Below, piece after piece: positions 11,593 to 20,847 of a stretch of DNA of 64,000 nt; the first letter of the stretch is position 1, and each line of letters opens with the position of its first letter. Made by a program: the position numbers and the translations under genes. The DNA comes from an uncultured Dehalococcoidaceae bacterium (lineage in GTDB: Bacteria > Chloroflexota > Dehalococcoidia > UBA2979). Below the pieces are notes generated by a model that was not told where the DNA came from, made no database searches, and saw nothing but the letters and a program-made list of their open reading frames with translations. The stretch spans positions 35,016 to 99,015 of the forward strand of contig CAZMCK010000003.1 of the NCBI GenBank assembly GCA_964565075.1, read 5' to 3'.

Positions 11593-11668
11593 TGGTGCCG
11601 AGGGGCAGAGTCGAACTGCCGACACCACGATTTTCAGTCGTGTGCTCTACCAACTGAGCTACCTCGGC
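11593..11668 (-). tRNA. tRNA-Phe (GAA)
   Basis: Reverse complement GCCGAGGTAGCTCAGTTGGTAGAGCACACGACTGAAAATCGTGGTGTCGGCAGTTCGACTCTGCCCCTCGGCACCA folds as a cloverleaf with anticodon loop CTGAAAA. Confidence 0.95.
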
Positions 11669-11793
11669 GCAGCCCGGACAGCGTAGTTTACGGCGATCTC
11701 GCGGACAACAGGAGGCGGCCGGAAGGCGTACCATGGATCCTGCAACAGCGCGGCCGTCCTCGCTCCCGTCGGACGCGCTCGGAGGAGTCCCTG

Positions 11794-12450
11794 ATGGTGT
11801 GGTTCTACCAGAAGCAGATCCAGATGCCCTCGCCCGAGGAGGCGCTGCCGGGCCGCGAGATGCGGGTTCCGGTCCCCGAGATGCACTTCGTGAACGGCAA
11901 CCGGCTCGAGCCGCCGTTCCCGGACGGGATGGAAATGGCGCTGTTCGGCATGGGCTGCTTCTGGGGCGCCGAGCGCGTCTTCTGGCAGGCCCCCGGCGTC
12001 TACTCGACCGCCGTGGGCTACGCGGCCGGATACACGCCGAACCCCACGTACGAGGAGGTCTGTAGCGGCCGCACCGGCCACAACGAGGTGGTCCTCGCGA
12101 TCTTCGACCCCTCGATGACCAGCTACGACGAGATGCTGAAGCTGTTCTGGGAGAACCACGACCCGACGCAGGGCATGCGGCAGGGCAACGACGTCGGCAC
12201 GCAGTACCGCTCCGGCATCTACTGCTACTCGCCGGAGCAGTTCGAGGCGGCCGAGCGCACGCGCGACATGTTCCAGGAGGTGCTGAGCGGCCACCGCTAC
12301 GGCCCCATCACCACGGAGATCATCGACGCGCCGGAGTTCTACTACGCCGAGGACTACCACCAGCAGTACCTGGCGAAGGTACCGAACGGCTACTGCGGCC
12401 TCGGTGGCACCGGGCTGAGCTGCCCCGTCGGCGTGGCCGAGATGGGGTAG
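11794..12450 (+). CDS. msrA: peptide-methionine (S)-S-oxide reductase MsrA
   Basis: ATG after GGAGGAG. Contains [15 protein letters not shown] and YHQQYL motifs. The upstream part of track ORF 11092.. overlaps the tRNA and an antisense gene. Confidence 0.95.
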   Translation: MVWFYQKQIQMPSPEEALPGREMRVPVPEMHFVNGNRLEPPFPDGMEMALFGMGCFWGAERVFWQAPGVYSTAVGYAAGYTPNPTYEEVCSGRTGHNEVVLAIFDPSMTSYDEMLKLFWENHDPTQGMRQGNDVGTQYRSGIYCYSPEQFEAAERTRDMFQEVLSGHRYGPITTEIIDAPEFYYAEDYHQQYLAKVPNGYCGLGGTGLSCPVGVAEMG

Positions 12451-12503
12451 CGAGCCCTCGTCTGTCGTAGTCCCGTACTGTCGGCCCTGCTATCCTGCAT
12501 GCA

Positions 12504-12521
12504 GTGATTGCATTGCATCAC
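12504..12521. promoter_or_regulatory. imperfect palindrome GTGATTGCATTGCATCAC, candidate antitoxin operator (copy 1)
   Basis: Same as the copy-2 palindrome minus one A. Lies 7 nt after a TATCCT -10-like hexamer. Confidence 0.45.
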
Positions 12522-12542
12522 AGGCGTGGAGGGCAAAGCCGC

Positions 12543-12797
12543 GTGGCGAGCATCACCATCCGCAACCTCGACGACGAGGTGAAGCAGCGACTACGCGTCC
12601 GAGCGGCCGAGCACGGCCACTCGATGGAGCAAGAGGCGCGGAACATCCTGCAGGCCGCGCTCGCGCAGCCGCCCCAGACCGGCGAGGAGCTCTACCGCGC
12701 GATTCGTTCCACCTTTGCGGATATCGGCTACGTCAAGCCGGGCGAACTCCAGATACCACCCTGCGGCCCGATGCGTGAACCCCCTCGCTTCGACTGA
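12543..12797 (+). CDS. RHH (FitA/VapB-type) antitoxin, orphan copy
   Basis: GTG start about 10 nt after GGAGG. ASITIRNLDDEVKQRLRVRAAEHGHSMEQEARNIL is a ribbon-helix-helix motif. 84 codons. Confidence 0.8.
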   Translation: MASITIRNLDDEVKQRLRVRAAEHGHSMEQEARNILQAALAQPPQTGEELYRAIRSTFADIGYVKPGELQIPPCGPMREPPRFD

Positions 12798-12809
12798 GCG
12801 TCGGAGTCA

Positions 12810-12896
12810 ATGATCGTCTCGACACGACGTCGTGTCAGAGTTGCTGCGCGCGGTTCGGGCAGCACGAGCTCCTACTGCGGGCTGCAGTTCTGCTAA
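12810..12896 (+). pseudogene. decayed 5' remnant of a PIN (vapC/fitB) toxin gene
   Basis: The first ~45 nt align to the vapC start at 13213 with two 1-nt deletions (atgatcgtc-tcgacacg-acgtcgt). Similarity is then lost. Confidence 0.55.
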
Positions 12897-12905
12897 ACTC
12901 AAGCA

Positions 12906-12924
12906 GTGATTGCATTGCAATCAC
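12906..12924. promoter_or_regulatory. perfect 9-1-9 palindrome GTGATTGCA-T-TGCAATCAC, candidate antitoxin operator (copy 2)
   Basis: Perfect inverted repeat 6 nt after a TAAACT -10-like hexamer and 21 nt before the antitoxin ATG. Confidence 0.6.
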
Positions 12925-12944
12925 AAGCGTGAAGGGCGGCTCGT

Positions 12945-13199
12945 ATGGCGAGCATCACCATCCGCAACCTCGACGACGAGGTGAAGCAGCGACTGCGTGT
13001 CCGCGCCGCCGAGCACGGCCACTCCATGGAGCAAGAGGCACGAAACATCCTGCAGGCCGCTCTGGCACAGCCGCCAGAGACCGGCGAGGAGTTCGTCCGC
13101 AGGATTCGTGCCCGATTCGAGAAGGTGGGGTTCATCGAGCCCGGCGAGCTGGAGATCCCGCCTCGGGGCCCGGGCCGCGAACCGCCTCGGTTCGATTGA
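12945..13199 (+). CDS. RHH (FitA/VapB-type) antitoxin
   Basis: 84-aa ORF with an RHH N-terminus, followed 13 nt later by a PIN toxin gene. Confidence 0.9.
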   Translation: MASITIRNLDDEVKQRLRVRAAEHGHSMEQEARNILQAALAQPPETGEEFVRRIRARFEKVGFIEPGELEIPPRGPGREPPRFD

Positions 13200-13212
13200 A
13201 CGCTCCACCTCC

Positions 13213-13632
13213 GTGATTGTCCTCGACACGAACGTCGTATCCGAGTTGGCGCGGCCGACGCCCGATCCAGTCGTGCTGGAGTGGCTGGGCGCACAGCCGC
13301 CAACTGATGTGTTCCTGTCTGCGGTCACCGAAGCCGAACTGCGTTATGGGCTCGCGCTCATGCCTGAAGGGCGGCGGCGCAGCGAGTTGGCGGTCATCAT
13401 CGACGACTTTCTTGAAGGGGAGTTCGCTGGCCGACTGCTCCCCTTCGGCAGCTTCGCCGCCCGGGCATACGCGATCGTTGCTGCCCGGCGACGCGCCGCA
13501 GGTCGTCCGATCGCCCCGTTCGACGGACAGATCGCCGCGATCGCGCGCTCGCTCGGCGCATCGGTCGCGACGCGCGACACGCGAGGCTTCGAGGGCTGTG
13601 GTGTCGACCTGATCAACCCCTGGGCTGACTAG
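13213..13632 (+). CDS. vapC: PIN-domain toxin (VapC/FitB-type)
   Basis: GTG start. VIVLDTNVVSEL..TEAELRYG..IAAIARSLGASVATRDTRGF carries the PIN acidic residues. Confidence 0.9.
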   Translation: MIVLDTNVVSELARPTPDPVVLEWLGAQPPTDVFLSAVTEAELRYGLALMPEGRRRSELAVIIDDFLEGEFAGRLLPFGSFAARAYAIVAARRRAAGRPIAPFDGQIAAIARSLGASVATRDTRGFEGCGVDLINPWAD

Positions 13633-13635
13633 GAC

Positions 13636-14619
13636 CTACGGCGCGAGGGCGTCCGCGACGCGCTCGAAGTCCGGCAAGCGCGGCAGCAGCAGCGCGTGCT
13701 CGACGCCCGCCTCGACGTACTCATCGATGCGTTCACGGATGCGGGCTGCGTCGCCGACGAGCGTGCACGCCTCGGCCATCTCATCGCTGATGAGCCGTGC
13801 CCCGGCCTCGCGGTAGCCGGTGGCGTTCGCCTCTCGCAGGACATCGAGGTCCCCGAGGTCGAGCCCGCCCCACTCCGCCATCAGCTCGCCGACGTGTGGC
13901 TCGGCCATGATGCCGGCGAGCCGCGCGCGCAGCTGCGGCAGTATCGAGGCGGGGTCGTCGGTCAGCCGCACGACGAGCATGCACGCGATCTCGACAGCGT
14001 CGGGGTCGCGGCGCGCCCCCTCGGCGCCCGCTCGCACCTCGGCCACCGCACGGCGGATGTACGCGGGTGGGAGGTACGCGTTGAGCAGCACGCCGTCCGC
14101 GACGGTGCCCGCGAGCCGCAACGCGCGAGGGCCAATGGCGGCGAGGTAGATCGGCGGACGCCGCAGGGGTGTGACGGCCAGGCGGGCGCCGGCAAGCCCG
14201 AAGCGCCCGTCGGGGTCGTCGACGGTCTCGCCGGCGAGCAGGCTGCGTATCACGCCCACCGCCTCACCGAGCGTCTCACGCGGCCGCTCGTACGGGATGC
14301 CGAACGTGCCCTCGATCACCCCCGGGTCGCTGCGGCCAAGGCCGAGCAGGAGCCGCCCCGCCGAGAGCCGGTCCGCGGTCGCCGCCGCCATGGCGGTGAG
14401 GCCCGGGTGGCGCGTGTACGGGTTCACCACCCCGACGCCAAGCTCGACGCGCTGCGTGGCGGCTGCGAGGAAGCCGAGGAGCGAGAACGTCTCCTCCTGG
14501 AAGTAGCGCTCGGTCACCCACAGCGAGTCGTAGCCGCGGAACTCCGCGAGCCGCGCCCGGCTCGCCAGCGCCGAGCCGCCCTCGATACCGTGGTGCAGGA
14601 CCATCCCGAGCCGCGCCAT
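13636..14619 (-). CDS. luciferase-like (LLM class) flavin/F420-dependent oxidoreductase
   Basis: MARLGMVLHH..FRGYDSLWVTERYF..VGVVNPYTRHP..LGLGRSD. ATG at 14619 is preceded by GGGAGG. Confidence 0.85.
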   Translation of the reverse strand: MARLGMVLHHGIEGGSALASRARLAEFRGYDSLWVTERYFQEETFSLLGFLAAATQRVELGVGVVNPYTRHPGLTAMAAATADRLSAGRLLLGLGRSDPGVIEGTFGIPYERPRETLGEAVGVIRSLLAGETVDDPDGRFGLAGARLAVTPLRRPPIYLAAIGPRALRLAGTVADGVLLNAYLPPAYIRRAVAEVRAGAEGARRDPDAVEIACMLVVRLTDDPASILPQLRARLAGIMAEPHVGELMAEWGGLDLGDLDVLREANATGYREAGARLISDEMAEACTLVGDAARIRERIDEYVEAGVEHALLLPRLPDFERVADALAP

Positions 14620-14694
14620 ACCGCCTCCCACCCGAACGCCCGCAGCGTCCGGCAGCCGGCGGCGAGGGTCAACGCCTCCGTGAGGTTCGAGGTG

Positions 14695-15297
14695 TCAGCG
14701 GCGGATGAGGCTGCCGCCGACGTCGGGTGCGGACCGGTCGAACGGCTCGTAGTCCGCGCGCGGGCGTCCCAGCGCGACGAGGGCCTGCGGCCGCCACCCC
14801 CCGGGCAGGTCGAGCACCCCGCGTACCGCGTCCTGCGCGTACAGCGGCGCGGCCATCCAGTACGCGCCGAGCCCCCGTGCGCTCGCCTCCAGCAGGAGGT
14901 TCTGCAACGCCGCGCCGAAGGAGTGCGCGGCCATCGTCCACTCCGCGCGGTCGCGCCGCTCGTCGGGGTACGAGGCCAGTCCCTCGCCGACGATGCAGCC
15001 AAGCAGCAGCGTCGGGGCGCCCTCGACGCGCCTGCGGGACCGTTCGAGGGCGCGTGCCTGCTGCTCCTCCGGGACCCCGTCGCCGGTCATGTCGGCACGC
15101 CATACCTCACCCATCGCCCCGGCGAGCTCGGAGCGTCGCGCGGACGTGACCTCGGCAAAGCGCCACGGCGTGGTGTGGTGTGGCGCCGGCGCGAGCAACG
15201 CGAGCTCGACGAGCGCCTCGACCTCGCCGGCCGTCAGCGGTGGGCCGTCGAGCCCACGGATCGAGCGGCGCGCTCGGATACCGTCGGCGAGGCTCAC
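14695..15297 (-). CDS. nitroreductase family protein
   Basis: GTG start after GAGGAGG. IRARRSIRG..LAPAPHHTTPWRF matches the nitroreductase fold signature. Confidence 0.8.
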   Translation of the reverse strand: MSLADGIRARRSIRGLDGPPLTAGEVEALVELALLAPAPHHTTPWRFAEVTSARRSELAGAMGEVWRADMTGDGVPEEQQARALERSRRRVEGAPTLLLGCIVGEGLASYPDERRDRAEWTMAAHSFGAALQNLLLEASARGLGAYWMAAPLYAQDAVRGVLDLPGGWRPQALVALGRPRADYEPFDRSAPDVGGSLIRR

Positions 15298-15420
15298 GAC
15301 GCCTCCTCGGTCGGTTTGAGGTTCGCGTTGCGCATGGCGTGAATCTACACCGCGGAGGAGTCCTCCACCCGCGCGGCTGGTACGATGCGCGCCGTCGCGA
15401 GCACGCATCGAGGAGGCTTC

Positions 15421-15846
15421 GTGCCCGTACCCGACCTGCAGGAGTGGCGCGGCCGCTGGGAGACGCCGCCGCACCGCGCGCTCGGCCTGCGTGGCGAACA
15501 CATCGAGTCCGGCTACGCCAGCTTCATCGTCGAGCGCCCCGATGGCGCCGATGACATGCTGCTGCGCAGCGCGATCAACATCGCAGCCGACATCGCGGCG
15601 ATCTCTGCCGTCCAGGCGCGGATCGTCGAGGGTGAGCAGCTACCCAACGGCACGGCGGAGCTGCACCTCTCGTTCATCGGCGACCCGCCCGACGTGAGCA
15701 CCGTCGATGCACGCGTGATCCACTGGACCGAGTACACCGCGCACCTCGAGCTTGAAGCCCGCACGCCCGACGGGGAGCTTGCGGCGGTCGGCCTCACGAC
15801 CTACTCGCTCCGCCCGATCCCGCCCGAGAGCCGGGAGTCGTCATGA
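15421..15846 (+). CDS. PaaI-type hotdog thioesterase, copy 1
   Basis: GTG after GAGGAGG. Hotdog-like pattern, and the stop overlaps the next start. Confidence 0.7.
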   Translation: MPVPDLQEWRGRWETPPHRALGLRGEHIESGYASFIVERPDGADDMLLRSAINIAADIAAISAVQARIVEGEQLPNGTAELHLSFIGDPPDVSTVDARVIHWTEYTAHLELEARTPDGELAAVGLTTYSLRPIPPESRESS

Positions 15847-16292
15847 GCGTCGAACCACGCTGGCCGGCCGACTCGCTTGAGGCGGTCGCCGCCCACTGGC
15901 AGCAGGAGCCGTTCTTCGCCCTCTTCAAGGTCGCCGTCGAAGCGCTCGACGAGGGCTACGCGCGCATCGGCGTGGACCGCGACGACATGCCGCTGCGCGG
16001 CGTGCGCGACTCGATCAACGGCGGCGTCGTCGGATCACTCGGCGAGGCGGCCGCGCGGCTCTGTCTCACCACGCAGCTTCGCCCCAACGAGGTGCTGGGC
16101 CCGACACACGAGGTCAGCGTCTCTTACCTCACCTCAGCGCGCGGCCAGCACACGGTCGCCGAGGCGCGCCTGCTCCGCCGCGGCGGCCGTGTCGCCGTAG
16201 CAGACGTCGAGCTGCGGGACACCACCGACGGCGCGATCAACGCCAAGATCCGCGTCTCGATGGGCATCGAACGCGTCGAGGCGGCCTCGTAG
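15843..16292 (+). CDS. PaaI-type hotdog thioesterase, copy 2
   Basis: FFALFKVAVEALDEGYARIGV..INGGVVGSLGEAAA..GGRVAVADVEL is typical of the PaaI family. Confidence 0.8.
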   Translation: MSVEPRWPADSLEAVAAHWQQEPFFALFKVAVEALDEGYARIGVDRDDMPLRGVRDSINGGVVGSLGEAAARLCLTTQLRPNEVLGPTHEVSVSYLTSARGQHTVAEARLLRRGGRVAVADVELRDTTDGAINAKIRVSMGIERVEAAS

Positions 16293-16373
16293 GCTCCCCG
16301 ACCCGTCGGGGCCGCGGCGGGCGGTCGCGGCGGCCATGCGGTACGCTCTCCCCATAACGTGGAAGGTGGGCGC

Positions 16374-17210
16374 ATGCCCCGCTACCTGATCGTCGCCGAC
16401 CAGACCGTCACGAGCCCGGACCTCGTCGCGCGCGCCTCGCAGCTCTCGCGCGCCGAGCCCGACTCCACGTTCTCGCTGCTCCTCCCCGCCCTCCTGCCCT
16501 CGCACATCCGCGGCGGGCCGTTCGACGCGGTCACGCGCGGCCGCGCGGAGCAGGCGAAGCGGCTGCTCGCCGCCGCGGGCATCGAGGTTGCACGGACCGC
16601 CGTCGGGGACGCCGCGCCGTTGCTCGCCATCGAAGACGAGCTGAGCGAGCACCCCGACTCGTACGACACGATCATCCTCTGCACGCTGCCGGAGGGCATC
16701 TCGCGCTGGCTGCGCATGAACGTCCACGGCGAGGCCGCCGAGCGCTTCGGCCTCCCCGTCGTCCACGTCGAGGCGCGCATGGCGACGCGGCTCGAGTTCC
16801 GCCGCGCCACGCTCCACGACCACGAGCGCATCCAGGCGCTGTGGGACGAGTCCCGCCTCGACACCGTCGACGAGCATGAGTGGGACACGCTCATCACCAG
16901 CCCGGGCGCGATCGTGCTCGTGGCCGAGGAGGAGGGCGCGCTCGTCGGCGCGATCGTCGGCACCTTCGACGGGTGGCGGGCGTACGTCTACCACGTCGCC
17001 GTGGTGCCCGGCCGCCGTCGCCGCGGCGTCGCCAAGGCGCTGTTCGACGAGGCGCAGGCGCACCTCGCGCGCGAGGGCAACCGCATCGTCTACGTGATGG
17101 TGAACGAGGAGAACGAGGGCGGCATGGCCCTGCTCCACTCGCTCGGCTACCGCCAGCAGGGCGACATCGTCATGGTCAACGAGATCGGCGACGGCGCCGA
17201 CGCCGACTGA
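16374..17210 (+). CDS. two-domain protein: USP-like alpha/beta N-domain fused to GNAT acetyltransferase
   Basis: ATG after GGAAGGTGG. C-terminal half VLVAEEEGALVGAIVG..VAVVPGRRRRGVAKALF is GNAT motif A. N-terminal half PRYLIVADQT..YDTIILCT is USP-like. Confidence 0.8.
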   Translation: MPRYLIVADQTVTSPDLVARASQLSRAEPDSTFSLLLPALLPSHIRGGPFDAVTRGRAEQAKRLLAAAGIEVARTAVGDAAPLLAIEDELSEHPDSYDTIILCTLPEGISRWLRMNVHGEAAERFGLPVVHVEARMATRLEFRRATLHDHERIQALWDESRLDTVDEHEWDTLITSPGAIVLVAEEEGALVGAIVGTFDGWRAYVYHVAVVPGRRRRGVAKALFDEAQAHLAREGNRIVYVMVNEENEGGMALLHSLGYRQQGDIVMVNEIGDGADAD

Positions 17211-17234
17211 CGCCCGGGCAGCCTCCCTGACCGA

Positions 17235-17594
17235 CTACTGGCGCGCGAGCGTCTGCCCGATCCACACCGCCGCGAGGGCTCCCGCCACGCTCAGCACGAC
17301 GTTGAGCGCGGCGTAGGTCCACTCGCCGTCCTCGGCGAGCCGCAGCGTCTCCAGGCTGAAGGTCGAGAACGTTGTGTACGAGCCGAGCAGGCCGACGAGC
17401 AGCGCGGTGCGCAGCTCGGCGGGCATGCCCGTGCGCTCGGCGAGGAAGGTGGCGAGGAAGCCGATGGCGAAGGAGCCGGTGACGTTCACGGTGAGCGTGG
17501 CGGCCGGGAACGTCTCGGGCTGCACGACGCGGCCGACGCCGTAGCGCAGCAGCGCCCCGGCCGCACCGGCCACCGCGATCAGCGCGAGTTGCAT
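17235..17594 (-). CDS. crcB: fluoride channel CrcB/FluC
   Basis: 119-aa ORF with GALLRY..TLTVNVTGSFAIGF..GLLGSYTTFSTF motifs. Confidence 0.9.
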   Translation of the reverse strand: MQLALIAVAGAAGALLRYGVGRVVQPETFPAATLTVNVTGSFAIGFLATFLAERTGMPAELRTALLVGLLGSYTTFSTFSLETLRLAEDGEWTYAALNVVLSVAGALAAVWIGQTLARQ

Positions 17595-17711
17595 CGCCGC
17601 CACGCTACGGGGCGGGTTGCGTTCTGGCCAGCGAGCCGGCCTGTGCACCGGCGGAGCGGCAAGCCGTCTACACTCGCCCCCACCGGCCGGTCCGGGGGAG
17701 GTCATCAGGGC

Positions 17712-18275
17712 ATGTCTACCGACGCCGACACGTCGACATGGGTCGCGCTGCTTCGTGGCATCAACGTCGGCGGCAAGAACCGGCTGTTGATGAAAGACCT
17801 CGCCGCGATGTTCGTCGAGGCGGGCTGCGAGGACGTCCGGACGTACATCCAGAGCGGCAACGTGGTGTTCCGCGCCGGAGCGACGCTCGCCGAAGACACC
17901 CCGTCCCGCATCGGTGCGGCGATCCGGGACCGCTTCGGCTACGAGATACCCATCGTCACCCGCGCGGCCTCGGACCTCGAGGCGATCGTGGAGGCGAATC
18001 CGTTCGTCGCAGCCGGGGCTGAGACGGACAGGCTGCACGTCCTCTTCCTCGCGGACGCACCCGCCGCGGAGGACGCCGAAGCACTCGACCCGGACCGCTC
18101 GCCGGGCGACGAGTTCGCGGTACGAGGCCGCGAGATCTACCTCCACTACCCGAACGGAACGGCGCGCAGCAAGCTCACGAACGCCTACTTCGACTCGCGG
18201 CTCTCGACCGTCACCACCATGCGGAACTGGAAGACCGTACGGAAGCTGATCGAGCTGGCTGCGGACGTCCCCTGA
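17712..18275 (+). CDS. DUF1697 family protein
   Basis: ATG after GGGGGAGG. WVALLRGINVGGKNRLLMKDL..VRTYIQSGNVVF is the DUF1697 signature. Confidence 0.85.
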   Translation: MSTDADTSTWVALLRGINVGGKNRLLMKDLAAMFVEAGCEDVRTYIQSGNVVFRAGATLAEDTPSRIGAAIRDRFGYEIPIVTRAASDLEAIVEANPFVAAGAETDRLHVLFLADAPAAEDAEALDPDRSPGDEFAVRGREIYLHYPNGTARSKLTNAYFDSRLSTVTTMRNWKTVRKLIELAADVP

Positions 18276-18360
18276 GCGGCGCACGTCAGCCGACTGCCCG
18301 TCACCGACGCCGCTATCATGCTCTCAGGCGCGAGACACACGCGCCGCGAGGAGGGACACC

Positions 18361-19476
18361 ATGAGCACGGGACGTGTCGTCGTCTTCAAGGACCACGGTC
18401 TGCCGTTCGAGATCGAGGAGTACCCCGTCCCCGACCCGGAGCCGGGCGGGATGCTGCTGCGCATCACGCAGGCCGGCATCTGCGGCTCCGACCTCCACAC
18501 CTGGCGCGGCGACCAGCACCGCGTCCAGATCCCGCCCTCCGGCCGCAACATGGGTCACGAGGGCGCGGGCGTCGTCCACGCCCTCGGCGCGGGCCGCACC
18601 ACCGACTCGCTCGGCCGCCCCATCTCCGAGGGCGACCGCGTGATGTACGCCGCGATCATGCCCTGCGGCGCCTGCTACCACTGCGGGCGCGGCGAGAAGA
18701 ACTGGTGCTCCAACCGCCAGACCGGCGTCGGCGCGCGCATCGCCGGCGAGTTCCCGTACTTCACCGGCACCTACGCCGACTACTTCTGGATCCCCGCCGG
18801 CCACCCCGTCTACAGGGTCCCCGACGAGCTCCCCGACTCCGTGCTCGGCTGGGTCAACTGCGCGATGGGGACCGTCACCGAGGGCCTGCTCCGCGCGGGC
18901 TGCACCGCGGGTGACTACGTCGTGATCCAGGGCGCGGGCGGCCTCGGGCTGAACGCCACAGCGCTGGCCAAGGACATGGGCGCGAACAAGGTGATCGTGC
19001 TCGACCGCCTCGCCAACCGGCTCGAGCTCGCCGAGGAGTTCGGCGCCGACCATACCGTCAACATCGAGGAGTTCAACACCCAGCGGATGCGCCTCGAGCA
19101 CATCCTCGACCTCACCGAGGGGCGCGGGGCGAACATCGTGATGGAGCTCGTCGGCCGCGCCGAGCTGCTCGTCGAGGGGCTCGACTACCTCACCAACGGC
19201 GGGACGTTCATGGAGATCGGCGACATCGTGCCGGGCCGCACGGTCGAGCTCGATCCGTCGACGATCCTGCGCGGCAAGCGCATCATCGGCTCCTCGATGT
19301 ACCGGCCGGAGCTGCTGCCGGTGATGATGGAGACGCTGGTCAAGAAGCAGGGCGAGATCCCGTACGAGAAGATCGTCTCGGACTTCTACCCGCTCGACGA
19401 GGTCAACGACGCGTTCGCGAAGGCCGAGTGGAACGAGACCCAGACCCAGATCTCGCGCGCCATGCTGGTGCCGTAG
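18361..19476 (+). CDS. zinc-dependent alcohol dehydrogenase (MDR family)
   Basis: GICGSDLH, GHEGAG, the CGACYHCGRGEKNWC structural-zinc loop and GAGGLGL Rossmann motif. Confidence 0.9.
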   Translation: MSTGRVVVFKDHGLPFEIEEYPVPDPEPGGMLLRITQAGICGSDLHTWRGDQHRVQIPPSGRNMGHEGAGVVHALGAGRTTDSLGRPISEGDRVMYAAIMPCGACYHCGRGEKNWCSNRQTGVGARIAGEFPYFTGTYADYFWIPAGHPVYRVPDELPDSVLGWVNCAMGTVTEGLLRAGCTAGDYVVIQGAGGLGLNATALAKDMGANKVIVLDRLANRLELAEEFGADHTVNIEEFNTQRMRLEHILDLTEGRGANIVMELVGRAELLVEGLDYLTNGGTFMEIGDIVPGRTVELDPSTILRGKRIIGSSMYRPELLPVMMETLVKKQGEIPYEKIVSDFYPLDEVNDAFAKAEWNETQTQISRAMLVP

Positions 19477-19575
19477 GCAGCGCGCGTCGGACGCCTCGAC
19501 CGCGGCCCGGCAGAGTTCGAGTTGCGGTCGTGTGCTCCTGTGTACGATGCGGCGCGCGCGACGGGAGACACGCCG

Positions 19576-20070
19576 ATGGGCATCGCACCGAGGATCGCCG
19601 CGACGCTAGCCCTCGTCTTGATAGGCGCAGTCGCGTGCCGGGGCGACGGCGAGCCCGACCGGGTCGCGGAGCCATTCGCCTTCACCCGCTGGTATGTCAC
19701 CGAGGCGATCAACCTCTACGAGCGCGACGGCCTCGACGCCGTCGCCCAGCGCTACACGTTCGAGGAGCCGTATGACGGCGACCACTGGCTGTTCCTCATG
19801 GACCTCGAGACTGGCGAAACACTAGCCGCGCCCGACGGCATCCAGTACGGAGTCGGCCACGTGACGCCCCCGGACGCGGTCGACCCAGCGGGCATCCCGG
19901 CGGGGCGGCTGATGTTCACCGCAACCGAACGCGGCCGGTGGATCGTCCTCTGGGCTCGGCACCCTCATACGGGCGAACTCACCACCAAACACGTGTGGAT
20001 GATCCGTCACGACGGGCTGTTGTTCTACAGCGGCTGGTACGAGAACGACGCGCCTCCCCTGGTCCGCTAG
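19576..20070 (+). CDS. putative lipoprotein, function unknown
   Basis: MGIAPRIAATLALVLIGAVAC has a lipobox-like signal. Good G/C-ending codon usage. Confidence 0.6.
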   Translation: MGIAPRIAATLALVLIGAVACRGDGEPDRVAEPFAFTRWYVTEAINLYERDGLDAVAQRYTFEEPYDGDHWLFLMDLETGETLAAPDGIQYGVGHVTPPDAVDPAGIPAGRLMFTATERGRWIVLWARHPHTGELTTKHVWMIRHDGLLFYSGWYENDAPPLVR

Positions 20071-20139
20071 CCCTTGCGGCAGCAGGTACGAGCTTCGTCG
20101 CTCCGCCGCAGGACACATCCGCAGGTCGCCAACGAGGCG

Positions 20140-20781
20140 CTAACGCGCGCCGGCGATGACGCCCGCGCGCCGGGCAACGAGGTCGCGCACGAACTCGATC
20201 GCCGCGCGCACGCCGAGGACCTGCGTCTCGAGGGTCATCGAGGGTGTGCCGGCGCGCTTCTCGACCGTCTGCTCGGGGAGGTACGGGAGGTGGATGAACC
20301 CGCCCATGGCGCGCGCGTCCGTCGAGTCGAGGCGGTCCATCATCGCGTACAGCGTCTCGTTGCAGATGTAGGTCCCGGCCGTCTCCGAAACCTGCGAGGG
20401 CGCGCCCGCCTCGCGCATCGCCGCGGCGACCTCGCCCACGGGCAGGCGCGCGAAGTAGCCCGCGGGGCCGTCGAGCACGAGCGTCTGGTCGGGCATCACG
20501 CGCCCCTCGGCGTCGCGGTCGATGAGCACGTTGACGCCGGTGCGCTCAACCGAGAGGTGTGAGCGGCCGCCTGCCTCGCCGAGGCCGACCCAGACGTCGA
20601 AGCCGCCCGCCTCGAACGCCGGGATGAGCCGGTCGAACGAGATGCGCCCGCGCACGGGCAGGCGCAGCAGCTCGAGGTCGACGCCGTCCGGCGGCGACGC
20701 GCCGATGGCGCTCGCGACCTCCCACGAGGGGTTCACGCGCTCTCCCCCGAATGGCTCGAAGCCCGACAGCAGCAGCCGCAT
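20140..20781 (-). CDS. pcp: pyroglutamyl-peptidase I
   Basis: MRLLLSGFEPFGG..NPSW..AGTYICNETLY..GFIHLP carries the catalytic Glu/Cys/His context. Confidence 0.9.
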   Translation of the reverse strand: MRLLLSGFEPFGGERVNPSWEVASAIGASPPDGVDLELLRLPVRGRISFDRLIPAFEAGGFDVWVGLGEAGGRSHLSVERTGVNVLIDRDAEGRVMPDQTLVLDGPAGYFARLPVGEVAAAMREAGAPSQVSETAGTYICNETLYAMMDRLDSTDARAMGGFIHLPYLPEQTVEKRAGTPSMTLETQVLGVRAAIEFVRDLVARRAGVIAGAR

Positions 20782-20847
20782 GACGCCCTCCCCGGTCCGT
20801 CCGTCGCGGCACAGTCTACCGGGCCGCGGATGGCGTAGGCTGCGCGC

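Noticed and set aside
11092-11793. Long N-terminal extension of the msrA ORF
   Set aside because: The extension runs antisense through the DRTGG gene and across tRNA-Phe. A strong SD plus ATG at 11794 gives a normal-length MsrA.
17595-17711. Fluoride riboswitch (crcB motif) upstream of crcB
   Set aside because: I read the minus-strand leader and could not find the conserved GGCGAUG...AAAC.GCC...CUGAUG...CUAC pattern or its pseudoknot pairing. An Rfam scan would be decisive.
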